Source: Octopus sinensis
Taxonomy: Eukaryota
NCBI RefSeq assembly: GCF_006345805.1
Contig: NC_043012.1
Location: 51,460,001 to 51,524,000, forward strand
Reading direction: 5' to 3'
Length of the DNA stretch: 64,000 nt
The number at the start of each line of letters is the position of its first letter. The stretch's first letter is position 1. This document shows, in pieces, positions 39,977 through 53,244 of the stretch. The notes under the pieces were generated by a model that saw only the letters and a list, made by a program, of their open reading frames with translations, did not search any database and was not told the DNA's origin. Position numbers and translations under genes: made by a program.

Positions 39977-40848
39977 CAGGGCGTCTCTTTTCAATTTTGA
40001 ATTTTTTTACAAAGGCAGTTGACAAGATATGTTAACCAGATTAGTCTTATTTTAATAATTGTTTACAAAATTGTTTTTAACTGTTATTTAATAGACCTCA
40101 ATATGGGCACCATTTGTTACGCGAAGCACATCAAAACGATACTCGATCTTTTGCCATGTTCGGTGTAGGATAGCCTCATCAACGGTGGCAATGGCGTTAC
40201 GAATCCTTTGCTTCAAGTCAGCAATGCTCTGTATCTTCCTTGATACATGATATCTTTTACATAATCCCATAAAAAGAAGTCCAAGGGAGTGACATTTGGC
40301 GAACGCAGTGGCCATGGAATTGGCCCTTACCTTCCAATCCATCGGTCAGGAAATGTTTGATTGAGGAACTTACGAACATGCCGTCCCCAATGTGGCGGTG
40401 CACCATCTTGCTGGAAAATGATGTTTGGTTTAAATCAATCAGCTGTGGTACTACATATTCGGTCAGAAGGTCAGAACATCTGCAGTAATTGTTGCCGCGT
40501 TGAAGAAAAATGGACCAATTATTCATTTGCAAATGATTCCATACCACACATTCACTTTTGGACTAACCCGTTGAAGATCCCTAGTCACATGGGGGTATTC
40601 TGATCCCCAGATCCTCACATTGTTTGAACATCCGATTTTGTCTCAATAAACCAGCATACACATTGTGCCTTTTCATGAGGAGTAGCCATTTTATAGGAGT
40701 TCAATGAATCAGTTCCCCTCCATCAACAAGTATCTGAAACACAAAAATTTAATATCAGAAAAACTAAAATAAGACAAATCTTGTTAAAATATCTCAACTG
40801 CCTTTGTAATAATTTTTTAAATTGTAAAGATACTTTATGGACACCCTG
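39977..40848 (-). mobile_element. Tc1/mariner element (rosa/DD41D-like) with both TIRs and TA target duplication
   Basis: TA|CAGGGCGTC...TTACAAAGGCAGTTGA at the left end and the matching inverted ...ACACCCTG|TA at the right end. Confidence 0.9.
40088..40689 (-). pseudogene. DD41D-type transposase pseudogene
   Basis: MATPHEKAQCVCWFIETKSDVQT, a deletion, then FQQDGAPPHWG...WPLRSPNVTPLDFFLW with 41 codons between the two Asp residues (one is an in-frame stop), and LKQRIRNAIATVDE...NGAHIEVY*. Confidence 0.9.
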
Positions 40849-40849
40849 T

Positions 40850-40882
<33 letters not shown>

Positions 40883-40903
40883 CACACATATATATATATA
40901 TAT

Positions 40904-41086
40904 AGTTAATACAAACAAGAAAACACAAACAAACACAACAACGCGAGGACGGGGACAAATATAGTATTATTGGACGCTCAAGAAAGAAGGAAAGAAGTAG
41001 GGTTTAACGTTTCGAGCGGAGCTCTTCGTCGGAAACATAGGAGAAGGAAAGATCCCGAGAAGTGAAGACAGAGGAAAAAATCGAGG

Positions 41087-41088
<2 letters not shown>
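40904..41088 (-). mobile_element. Short PLE-type element with a hammerhead motif (U4C core variant)
   Basis: Minus strand GTTT-CCGACGA-A-GAGC-TCC-GCTC-GAAACGTT-AAAC at 41036-41002; (TA)n on both sides. Confidence 0.75.
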
Positions 41089-41160
<72 letters not shown>

Positions 41161-41752
41161 ATATGTGTATGTATGTATGTATGTTTGTATGTATGTGGGA
41201 GCGTTTGTGCGTTTCGTCGTATCCTCATTATAAAAATGATGCAAACAAATAAAATACATTATATATAGATATAAACACACACACACACATATATATATGT
41301 ATGTGTGTGTGTGTGTGCGTGTGTGTGTTATTGCATATATATGTATGTGTGTGTGAGTGTGTGTTTGTGTTTGTCTATACACATACATATATATGGTTGT
41401 AGATGTACTCATACTTCCAGTCGAAATAATTCCAGTCTCTGATGAACTGCTTTGGTTGTTAGCATGCATAGCAACATGATATAGTTATGAAAAACGTAAG
41501 AGTACATTCATAATATAAGCAATAACCATTAACAATTTCTTCATATTAATAACAAGGAACCATGCCTGGACGTCTACAAATTTCATTTAATGAATACTTG
41601 GTTTCGTGTTCTATTCCAATACAAAGCCCTTCGTCAAATGTGGACTACATATCCCGACGGTCTTTAATGACTTTCAAGTCGCACACTTCTGCGCAAACTC
41701 ATCAGGCAAAAACTTATTCTCACGCGAGAACACACACACACATATACATATA

Positions 41753-41907
41753 GGCGCAGGCTTGGACGTGTTTGTAAGTAGCTTGCTTTCCAAACATATG
41801 GGTTCAGTTCTACTGCATGGCAACTTGGGCTGGTGTCTTCTACTACAGCCCCGAGCCGACCAAAGCCTTGTGAGTGCATTTGATAGACATAAAGTGAAAG
41901 AACATTG

Positions 41908-41959
<52 letters not shown>

Positions 41960-42160
41960 TGTGTTTTTGTTCCCCCGCCATTACTTGACAACCGATGTTG
42001 GTGCATTTACGTCTGAGTAACTTAGCGGTTCGGCAAACATAAAATAAGTACCAGGCTTACAAAGGATAAGTTCAGGGGACGAATTATTCGACTAAAATAT
42101 GGTGCTGCAGCAGGGCTACAGTCAAAACGACTGAAACAAGTAAACGAATACATGAATAGA
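41753..42160 (+). mobile_element. tRNA-derived SINE, family A
   Basis: Head, internal (TA)n and GACTGAAACAAGTAAA tail. Confidence 0.85.
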
Positions 42161-42416
42161 GAACTTATAGAGGTACTTGGGTTGAGTCCCAGCTATATAA
42201 TATGCAAATCGTTACAATTCCCTTTAGCAAAGGGAAAACGTGTAATGGAGAATAAATAATACAAAGGAGTTTCTATTTACCTGTTTATATATATATAAGT
42301 ATATAAATATATATATATATTTAAACATAATACTTAGGGTAATAATAAATTATTATTACCAGTGGCCTAGCACAAAAAACGAATTAGTCATTAGACTATA
42401 TTTATTCATATAGAAA

Positions 42417-42651
42417 TACAATAAGAGGCTTTCAAATAGGAAAGCGTTGTGCTAGAAAGAGCATTAGAAATCTCAAAAACCACAAAAAACAGGATAAATT
42501 CTCGAAAGGAATGAAAATTAAAAACGTCGGAAATAGTTGTGTTGGTAAACGTTTTTAATTTTCATTCCTTTCGATAATTTATCCCTTTTTGTGGTTTTTG
42601 AGATTTCTACTGCTCCTTCTAGAACAACGCTTTCCCATTTGGAAGCCTCTT

Positions 42652-42657
<6 letters not shown>
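42417..42657. repeat. About 110-bp inverted repeat with a 21-nt spacer
   Basis: 42417-42527 versus 42549-42657, roughly 8 differences. Confidence 0.9.
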
Positions 42658-42742
<85 letters not shown>

Positions 42743-43994
42743 CATACATACATTCATACCACACACACACACACACTCATATATATTTATATAAAACATT
42801 TTTATGTATTGGATTAAGTCTTTCTTTGTTTAATTTGCATAATAGTGGTTTTGTCTCTAATTAATATTATATTATATTTTACTATAAAATTGGATTCAAT
42901 CCTAAATCTGATTTTTCCCTGTAAATTGGATTTATTCCCTAATATTTATTATTATTATTATATTATATATATAATATATATATATATATAATATATATAT
43001 ATTATATATATATGATCTGATAGATATTTCATAATGTGTGGTTCAAAGTTTACTAATTTCTTGCTAAGCTACTACTAGTAGTCTGTAAAAGTGTCTAAAT
43101 ATTCCTTCTGAACCTGAAGGGTTATTTGGAAATATATTTTGTTTTTCGCAACCTAAGGGCTTTGTTCAGTAAACCCAATACCATCTACTACATTCGAACA
43201 CGAGACAACACAGTTTCTTTACTTTCTGACACAGTCCTCCCTTAGGCGTGCGAAATATACATTTTTTTTGTTTTTGCTTTTGTTTTTGTTCTTTTTATTT
43301 ATCAATTCACTACTAGGAAAGAGAAAGGGGAAATATTTTATCCGCTATTCGGATGTTTATACGTAGAGAAAATTGCGTAAATATATTTATGTAAGTGTGT
43401 TTTTGCTGTGTACGGATGTATATGTGTGTGTCTCAGAGAGAAAATGTGAGAGAGAGAGAATGAGAGAGAGAGAGAGACAATAAGAGCGAGTGAGAGTGTG
43501 GAGGGGGGAATTAGGGAGAAGAAATAGGAAAACAGTTTATACAGACGTCTTATATCGATAAAGATTATTATATTCACATTTGTTATGTTTCCTGCTCCAA
43601 TATAAGATAAAAATAAAGAATTGAAGACGTAAGATAAACAAACAAAAAAAATGGTCTAACCATGCAGAAGCCAATATATATTAGTGTTATATTTTCATGA
43701 AGAATCCCTTCATAAGATATTCTCAAAATGCGTCTACATAGCCTTACTGCAAGAAGCTTATATTTTTGCGTTTCACAAATTCCCTAATATCTATATATTA
43801 TATGTATATTAAAACTTATCTCATTATTTTTCACTGTGGAAATCAGTTATAAGGTCTAGTGGCAACTATATACGCGTGTATCTGCGTGTGTGCCGTTATG
43901 TATTTGTACAAATATATATGTTATTGTGTGTGTATGTTGTGTGTGTATGTGTATATATGTGGGGTGGTATATAAACCAAATTCATAGTAAAAAA

Positions 43995-45200
43995 GAGGCG
44001 AAGTCAGTTCGAGGAACAACAAGCAATTGTATTAGATTGATGATCGGGTAAAATGGGAAAGGTTTTTAGGTTTCGAGCCTACGCACTTCGACAGAAAGGA
44101 ACAAGAAGAAATAAATATAGAGAATGAGAAAAACATGTTGGGTTCAGTGGTCCAACACGGTGATGTTTGCGAAAAGGAGGTTGAATTAAAGGGAAATAAT
44201 TCATATTGATCCCAAGAAGAGGAGGTGCAGAGGCGAGTTCGTGTCTGTGAGAATGGTGTGCGTGAGCGTGTACGTGTGTATGTGTGAATGGGGTGAGTAA
44301 GTCTGACATGTGGTTGTATGTGCGTGTGTAATGTGTGTGTAACGTGTGTGTATACGTGTGCGAGTGTTGTGTCTAGCAGCTGATGTGCACTTTTACATGT
44401 GGTGAGTGTACATGTGTATGGGTGTGTGTCTATTTTACGTACGTGGGAAAAATGTTATTTCTACCTGTGTGTGATGCGTGTGTGCGTATGTGTATGTATT
44501 GTCTGTGTTCAGGTGTTACGTGCTTCTGTGTGTGTGTGAGTATATAGTGCTTGTTTTCAGTTATTATGTGCTTGTGAGGGTGGGGTAATGTGCATGACGG
44601 TGTACTGAGTTAAACAGTGTGTGTGGCTGCTCATAGAATGGTATGTGTGATGACGCTATTGAAGATTGTGTGAATGTGCGTGAAGATAACGGTGTTTTGT
44701 GTTGGTGCTGAAAAGTGTGTGTGAGTGGGAAGGTGTTGTGGGCGTGTGTGTAATGCTGTGTGAAGTGAATGATGAGTGGAACAGTGTGCATGGGTCTATG
44801 TAGAGCATGTGAGTGAGGATACCGAGGTGGGAGTATACTGGTGTGTAGGTGGAGATGTTGAGTGGCAATGTGGCTTGGATTGATCTCAAATGAAACGAGA
44901 GGATGAGATTGAAGTCAGATGAAGAGAAGAAGTGAGTTGAGCCCATATGGCGCAAAGGAATGAAGAGACAATATAAATTTCTGTTCACGGCGAAGGCGAG
45001 AGTCTGGCTGGAACCCTGTGTAGAACGCAGACAGATGTCCTAGAGAATGACAGGTAGAGCAGAAATGACGGGAGACCTGGGTGCCGTTGCTGAGTCTGAT
45101 GTCCCGGTGGTTCTCCGCGAAACAGTCAGCCAGGCGTCGTATAGTTTTGCCCAATGTACAGCAAAGAAAAGAAAGCGGGTGACGCAGAAGATGACATTAT
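43995..45200 (-). mobile_element. 5'-truncated Penelope-like element (GIY-YIG end, CA-rich 3' region, hammerhead-like motif)
   Basis: NVIFC...LYIGQ / TIRRLADCFAENHRDIR...VSRHF...HSL...RRREQKFI...APYGLN* (45200-44915). Downstream motif CTGTCGA-A-GTGC-GTAG-GCTC-GAAAC at 44094-44070. Confidence 0.85.
44915..45200 (-). pseudogene. PLE GIY-YIG endonuclease domain remnant
   Basis: Frameshifted NVIY-C/YIG-type motifs, the RL..RF.EH pattern and a C-terminal P.GLN, as in Penelope-like endonucleases. Confidence 0.85.
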
Positions 45201-45209
45201 ACATACGCA

Positions 45210-45212
45210 CAG

Positions 45213-45285
<73 letters not shown>

Positions 45286-45443
45286 ATATAATATATATTA
45301 TATATATATATATATATATACGTGTGTGTGTGTATGTGTATAGATAGGTAAACTTACTTGGAAATGGATGCGTGGTGTTCAATCATATAATAATATAAAT
45401 ATAAATATCCATATCTATGCACATATACATATATCTACAAACT

Positions 45444-45510
<67 letters not shown>

Positions 45511-45517
45511 GCATATG

Positions 45518-45558
<41 letters not shown>

Positions 45559-45567
45559 CTTATATAT

Positions 45568-45610
<43 letters not shown>
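45210..45610. repeat. (CA)n/(TA)n microsatellite cluster
   Basis: Directly visible. Confidence 0.9.
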
Positions 45611-45611
<1 letters not shown>

Positions 45612-46306
45612 CATATTGTTATATGATTGAACGCCACGCAAACATTTTCAAGTACGCTTATCATAATTTTGATGCGACTCTTCCCTGTAATGTTCTTTCT
45701 CTTCCTACCGTAGCTTGTATGTGTTCCTAACGTACTTTTAATAGAACTTTCATACATTAGTAGGAAATGTTTGACTTATAATTATGTTATATAAGGATAT
45801 CATGTAATATCACATAAAATACATCATTGTCAAATGGTCTATACTCCACTCCCTACCAAATTAATTAGCTAGACCTCCAGTTGACTACATTATTTATGAA
45901 ACTCCCATTAGAACTGCAGCTGCAAATTTTGAAAGTACAGGAAAGTTTGATATGTGGAAATATGATTTGTGGGAATATAAGTATATTCAAAAAATTTCAC
46001 CCCACAAGAGAATTATTTCACCACAGATTTCATAAAATATCCACGAGTTCATTTTTCAATCACGACAGCTAAAAATATACGGAAGAGTTGGTTAGTAACA
46101 GGCTCCTTAGCACAGCTTGACAAGATCGTGATAGCATACGCTGTTTTAGTAAATATTAAGCATTCCTTTCATTAAGACGGAATCTTAAATGCAACAAATG
46201 GTAGAGAGTGGTGGATGATCAAGGTTAGGCAAATTCTAAATCGCTCGATGTTCATGTACCTATGTGTGTGTGTAAACATACCGGTATTTATATATATACA
46301 CATTTA

Positions 46307-46361
<55 letters not shown>

Positions 46362-49300
46362 CATACATACATATGTATGTATGTATATATATATGTATGT
46401 GTGCGTGTATATATATATATATATATATATATACATGCATTTGATTTTTTAATGTCTTTACCCCCATACTTTCGTGAGTTGAATTGAGCAAACACTATAT
46501 GAGAGAGGTTTTCTTTAAGTATTAGAAATAGTTTTTAAAAAGTTTTTTTAGCTGCTATTTCTAATGAGTTCAGTATGCGGCAAAGTAATTTATTTTACTA
46601 AGCCCTTTTATATATGTATGTATATATATTATATATATATATATGTTTGTGTGTGCGTATATATATATACTCACATATACATATAGACATTGTATAATAG
46701 TATTTGTATTTCTACATGTGTGTATGTAGCTTTTAGTCTTCGTGTACTTTCGTGTTTAAGAGTTGTGTATTATATACTTGCTTAATTTAAATGCTTTGTA
46801 CTGGTTGTTAACACAAATTATCGTTTAAAATATAACTCGCTCATAATATTTGTTGAATTGTTTAAAAGGTGACAACGTAAAACGTACAGAAGTAAATCGT
46901 TATTTTATAGATTTAAAATACTTTCGGAGATTATGTTTTAGACTTCTTTCTTAAGTCCGGAAAATACTGACATATGAGCGTTCTGTATTTCCTTGAGGAC
47001 ATTGAAGATCGAATGTAAAAGGGCAAAGATTAAGTGCCCTGAATTCTAAGCTGATTAAATTGGCAGCAGATGTGTTCTGCTGCTTTGCTTGATCATTTGC
47101 GAAACGACACAAACGAATAGCTTGAGAGAAAATATTTCCGAATTGAAAGAAGTAGCCCCTGCTATTAAAATAATGATTTAGAAAACCTCTTTATCTGACG
47201 GCGACACATACAACACATCACCTTTCAAATATACTATTATTATAAGAGAGCATATATATTTGTGTCTGTGTGTGCGTGTGTGTGTTTGCGTGTTTGTATA
47301 TAGAGAGATATAGAGATGCATACTTAGATTTAGGTATATCTACATACATATATAAATATGTGTGCGTATATACCTAGATATATATGTGCTTCCCTATATC
47401 TATCTCTCTCTGTATTTGTTTGTGTTTGTGAATATATGTGTATACGTATAGTTGTATGATGCGATATATTGAGTTGTGTTCCTTGCGCCAATGTAAGTTA
47501 TCTATGTGATAACAGGAAATTAATATTTTCAGGAATAAGTTCTAACTAAATTCTCACACATAAAATAAAGTGTTTTGTCCATATGTACATTCTTGCGTAT
47601 TCTTTAACTAAAGATACTCTGGTATAATGGATTATTCGTACAGACAATTTTCCTATAAAACTCTACAAATTAAATTTTGCATACTGTGACAACAAGAATC
47701 TCACCTTTTTCCAAATATTATATGTATGAGACAAAACTCGTCACTTGCTATAAAAAATTTTCAAGCTGTTTTGCGAAGAGTAGTCTGTCACTTTTCTTTG
47801 CACATATCAAATTCGGTTGTTAGTAGAGTGTTGATTAAGGCAGAGTTTATCGCTAGCTTTGGGAAATTTTCCTTGGGTAGTTTTTAAGTGGGATAGAAAA
47901 TCGAGCAAGTAGATTCCGATGTTTAGGACAATTACGATACTTTTTCTCAGAAATGTTTTAAAGTTGTCCAAAGCCAGTGTAAAATGAATTATATGAACTC
48001 TGTAGTATTCTTAGATTAATAAAATAAATAAGTACCAATAGATATTAACATTTATAATGAAACAGCTCTGGACTTGTGTTTGGAAATTTCAAAGCCATTG
48101 TTGTTGGATATAATAGATTTACGTTAACCTCATCACATTATTGAGTTGTACCTGCTTGTTTGATCCAAAAGGACGTAAGTGAATGTGGGTTTAAAATCAG
48201 TATGCAATCAAACACACACCATAGAGCATGTGAGGTGAACACAATCATTCTACCTACTTGAAATAGCGATTTCACATATAAGGCAGTTTGACAGATCTTA
48301 GTTCTGTGAGAGAGAGACACATAAGCGTACGCAATTGCCTAGTTTATAAAATATTTCATTTCAGCAATCATCTATTTGGAATATGCTATCAAATATTAAA
48401 ACGTTCATTTAAAAGTGATGGAGAAAGAGAAATAGTGTTATGTAAAGTTTTAATAGACATACTACACTGCATCAATATATATTCAATATTTCGTATAGTT
48501 ATCTCTGTCTTATTGTATGAAATATAACGATGGATGATTCCAATCGAAAGAGATAGGGAATTATCCATGTTAATGAAGTTTTGACTGTTTTAAATGAAAA
48601 ATAAGAAATGAAACCAACGCCGCTGAAAAAATCCACCCTTGCTCTTCAACATTTTACTCTTTTCTCAATTTTTTCTTTCTTTGTTGATGTTTAAGGAACC
48701 ATCGGCGTCTTTTAAATTTGATGCGAATGTTTTGCAAAAATAGATACGTTCAATCATGTCTATCCATCCAACTAACAAATGTTACTCATGCTATGGTTCC
48801 TGTTGCAAATAAATAAAACAGTAATGAGTGATACAATGGAAAATTGAGAATTTTGACAAAACGAGATAAATAAGATGGACACACCATAGACATCGTCTGA
48901 TTATAGCGCCTCATGTTTTCAGCGGACTATGACGCGAGAGGCGGTTGATATTTCGATATAATATGATACGCTGCTGTTATGATAGACTTGAATATTGCAT
49001 ACAGGAGCCAATGTTATAGTCAGCCAACTTCCTTATACCAAATATGATGTAGTACGATATTCAAGAATTGGATATGAACTACTGGCTGAGTTTGTTAGTA
49101 CGGAAGATGAAACCCAAACACAATCAATGGAAAATCATATGAAAATTATCAGGTCAGCAAATACGCTACGGTCGATGATTGACTTACAGTTTTGGAAGTC
49201 TATTTCGATATAAAGACCAGAAAATGTTAACGTTTTCCAAACAATGTTGCAGGGCGCAGTAAACTTTATTACAAAAGTTAGTTATTCGACTTCTCTAAGA

Positions 49301-49497
49301 AGATAATTCTATCTTTAATTATTATGTAACATTGTCATTATTAATATGTTTGGCGTCTCGTAACGCATTTTGAAAAGATCTACCACGTACAAACATTTTG
49401 TTGCGATGGTGCATAGAGAATAATTGTTAGGATTAGCTAAACTTATAAATAAATTGCAACTTTAAAAATGCTTACCTTGTTTATGAATTTCGCCTAA

Positions 49498-49853
49498 ATT
49501 TGGTTGTAATATTTGTAATTACCCAACAAAATGTGTATCGGTAAAAACGTGTTAAATAAACTCGGTCTCCGGCATGTGAAACAGAAATCGAAAGTCCTGC
49601 AAAGTTGAGTCGAGAATTGAAATTGCATTTTATCTGCACTTGCAAACAGATCCTTACTCACCTAGTCGTTTTGTCATCTCACTTACTCACTTACTCCTTA
49701 CTTGTTTAGTTATCAACACAAGAATCTAATTTCTTAACTTACACCGGTAAAATATTGCGTTGCAATATTTGTAATTGCCCTATAAAATGTGTATCGGTAA
49801 AAGCGTCTTAAATAAACTCGGTCTTCTGCATGTGAAAATTTCATCGAGAAATC
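49498..49853 (+). repeat. Local direct duplication of about 90 bp
   Basis: 49498-49590 versus 49752-49853 share AATATTTGTAATT...AAAATGTGTATCGGTAAAA...TTAAATAAACTCGGTCT...GCATGTGAAA. Confidence 0.85.
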
Positions 49854-49856
49854 ATA

Positions 49857-50240
49857 GGCACAAGCGTGGCAACATGGTAAGAAGCTTGCTTCCCAAATAT
49901 ATCGTTTCAGGTTTAGTCCCACTGCGTGGCATGTGTCTTCTACTGAGTTTCGGTTGGACTAAGCCTTGTGAGTGGATTTGATATATATAAATATATATAT
50001 ATATATGGCTATATCTATGTCGATCTTTGTGTCTGTGTTTGCCCTCCCCACCACCGGTGTTGGTGTGCTTACGTCCGCGTAACTACCGGTTCGGCAAAAG
50101 AAAGAACGAAGCAATAAGTACCGGGCTTTAAATAAAAGTAATGGGGTCGATTCGTTCGTCTAAAAATTTTTCAAGGCGATGCCCCAGAATGTTCACTGTC
50201 TAATGACTGTTTAAGGACTGAAAAAAGTAACGGATAAATG
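49857..50240 (+). mobile_element. tRNA-derived SINE, family A (diverged)
   Basis: Head GGCACAAGCGTGG...GGTAAGAAGCTTGCTTCCCAA; body and tail homologous to family A. Confidence 0.75.
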
Positions 50241-52704
50241 ATACATGTAAGGTAACCTACTCCCAAGTTTTAAAACGAGACATTTTTATTGTACGAACTA
50301 AAACATTTAAATCTGATGAGTGATTCATAATATATGGCCTAACATAGAGAGACCAGATTTGATGTTTTAAACAATCTTAACTAATAATGATTTGATCAGC
50401 AGCATTTATTTTGCTCTAAAGTACATTCTAATGAAAATATTTCATTCAATAAAAATGTTTTAATAATGATTTCACTTACTGCCCGCAGATTTCATTGACA
50501 ATAGTCATCTTATTAAATATTTTTAGATATACCCACCTTTAGCGGTAGAGTAATTATACACTTTTTAAAACGTCCACAGCAATTCATGGCAAATTTAATT
50601 GAAACGTGTGCTGGAAGCATATCACCGTTCGTTTTGACAAATTTCCATTACCAAATTTCACACAATTCCAGTTTATATTTTAACTGTTACCTGTTAGTGC
50701 ATCTTATCAATTCTGGGGCAACCATTTCTACGATTTCTAAGTGTTTATATAGAACCAGTGAGATATTCAGCAATTAATTCGTTATCCCTGTATTTAATGA
50801 AACTTCGTTATTAGCACAAATGTATATTATTTACTAGGACATATTATGCAGGACATTAATGATCGAATGAATTTATTTCTCACTCCGATTATGCAAACTG
50901 GTACAGATTCATGCATACACGCATGCACACTGCACAGATACTCTCACATATATACATACATACACACACACACGTACACACACAAAGAAAAACACACAAA
51001 CATAATATATATATATGTATGTATATGTATATATATATATACATACATAAATACATAAATACATACATACATACATACATACATACATACATACATACAT
51101 ACATACATACATACTCGTGAATAGCAGAACTATTCTACGATATTAAATATATTTTCAACATTGAATTGCAGAAATATATGCATGGCGCAGAAATCACAAG
51201 AGAAATACTATGCTATACTGAGAAAGTCACCTACTCAGGAAATGTGAAAATATCGAGAGAACACAACATTAAATATTTCTGATCTTAATTTTTCACTATG
51301 GAGATTATTCCTGTGCCTGTATATTCATAAGCACATGCGCAGTTGATCACCTTACAAATTCCTAAATAACAATCCAAGGATACAGAGCTTCTCATTTAAA
51401 ATCAGATTCATTATGTATTTACAATATATAACAGGAACTCTAAAATCATGTGGCATATTTTTTCTTGACATTCGACATGTATATCTATATCGCTGTTCCT
51501 TTTTTATGAGTCAAAGAATTGTCTATAAGTTTCAAAAGGTATAGATCATATACGAACATATTTATCGATACGTATATATATATATATATCCAAGCAGTTT
51601 CATATCTGAAAAAATAAATCATATATGCATACATTCAAAATATCTCGTTCCAGGATACAGGCGAGCTGGCGCTGTTGTTTTGGGAGTTTTCTTATGTACG
51701 CATATATTACATCTGATCAACTGACATAGAAACCAAACTTAACGTAAGCACAATGAGAATAAGCCATAAAATAAAATGTAAAACAAATAATACTAAAATT
51801 CTTTTGGAATTATCAAGGCTTCCTACATATATTTCTCCGATGAAGGGTGAAGTTACTTTTTTTAATATGTTTACTGTTTCTTCTCGTGTTAAGCTTATAT
51901 ATTGATACTCGTGCTCGATAACAGTACGGGTATCAATATATAAAGCTCTATGTCAATGTATGTAAATAAATATTGAGTAAATAGGCCCTTTGAACACAAA
52001 AGGTCGAACACTGCCAGTACCATCGATCGATTGTAATAACATAAAGAGCAATATATAATGTCACTCATAGGTTATTACTTTAACCTGCAACAGTACCAAG
52101 TGATTTCCGAATGATTGTCTTATAATACATATTTAGCGAAACATCTGTAGTCAAGTTTTTCGCATGTGTCTACTTCTCCCAGAATTTCAAAGTAGGCATA
52201 AGATGCACTTCAACACACAAGAAACGAAGCTGTTGTTTATAGTTCTAAGCAACTGTTTCCGATTTTGCACATCAGCAACCAATTGTCAGAAGGAAGCCAG
52301 TTACTGCTTTAGAAGACAATGATTGATCAGTGAAATCTAACATGCCTTCCGTTTAGGATGTTACTGAAGCACACAGCTCCCATTGCAGTTTCACTAGACA
52401 TTGACGCATTACATCAAATAGTCAGTCCTACACTGATATGATAAATCTCAACTTTTCAAGAAGTGTTACACTCTGCATTGACTATAAGGGTAATTTAAAA
52501 TCTGATTGATGGAAATAACTTAAAAAGAGGAACACGAAAGTTGTGAGTCACTATGAAGAAAATCTCTGATTATTCAAGTTAAAATACATTCTACATTCCA
52601 GTCAATGTGCCTTGAATACATTTTAATGATATTCAAAGATCTGGAATATTTACTACTTTAACTTTTAACTTATACTTATAATTTTAGTTGTACTCTATTT
52701 ATAT

Positions 52705-53152
52705 GTTTTATATTTTACTTGTTTCAGTCATCAGACTGCAGCTATGCTGGGGCAATTCTTTAAGAAAATTTAGTGAGACAAATCTGTATCAGTACTTTTT
52801 TTAATTTTAAGATTGGTATTTTTAAGGCTAAGTTACTGGACCGTAAACACATTAACACCAGTTGTCAAGTGGTGGTGGTGACATACACACACACTCATGC
52901 ACTCACACACACACACTCACACACACACACATATATATATGTGTGTGTGTGTGCGTATATATACACCATTGTATATATATATATATCTACAACAGGCTTC
53001 TTTGAGTTTCCGTCTACCAAATGCACCCAAAAGGATTTGGTCGACCCGAGGATATAGCGGACGTTACATGCCGAAGGTCTCACGCAGTGGGATTCAACCC
53101 GTAACCATGTGGTTGCGAAGTAACTTTCTTCCCACACAGCCATGTTTGCACT
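52705..53152 (-). mobile_element. tRNA-derived SINE, family A (diverged)
   Basis: TTACTTGTTTCAGTCAT tail and CCATGTGGTTG...CCACACAGCC head. Confidence 0.8.
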
Positions 53153-53244
53153 AATAAATATGAATATGAATATAATTAAAATGTGTTTAAGATAAAAGAT
53201 TGAATACAGCCACAAGCTTGAATCTAGATTCCAGAAAAAATGTA

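Noticed and set aside
41415-41452. GAAA...CTGATGA as a type II hammerhead
   Set aside because: Stems I and III cannot form.
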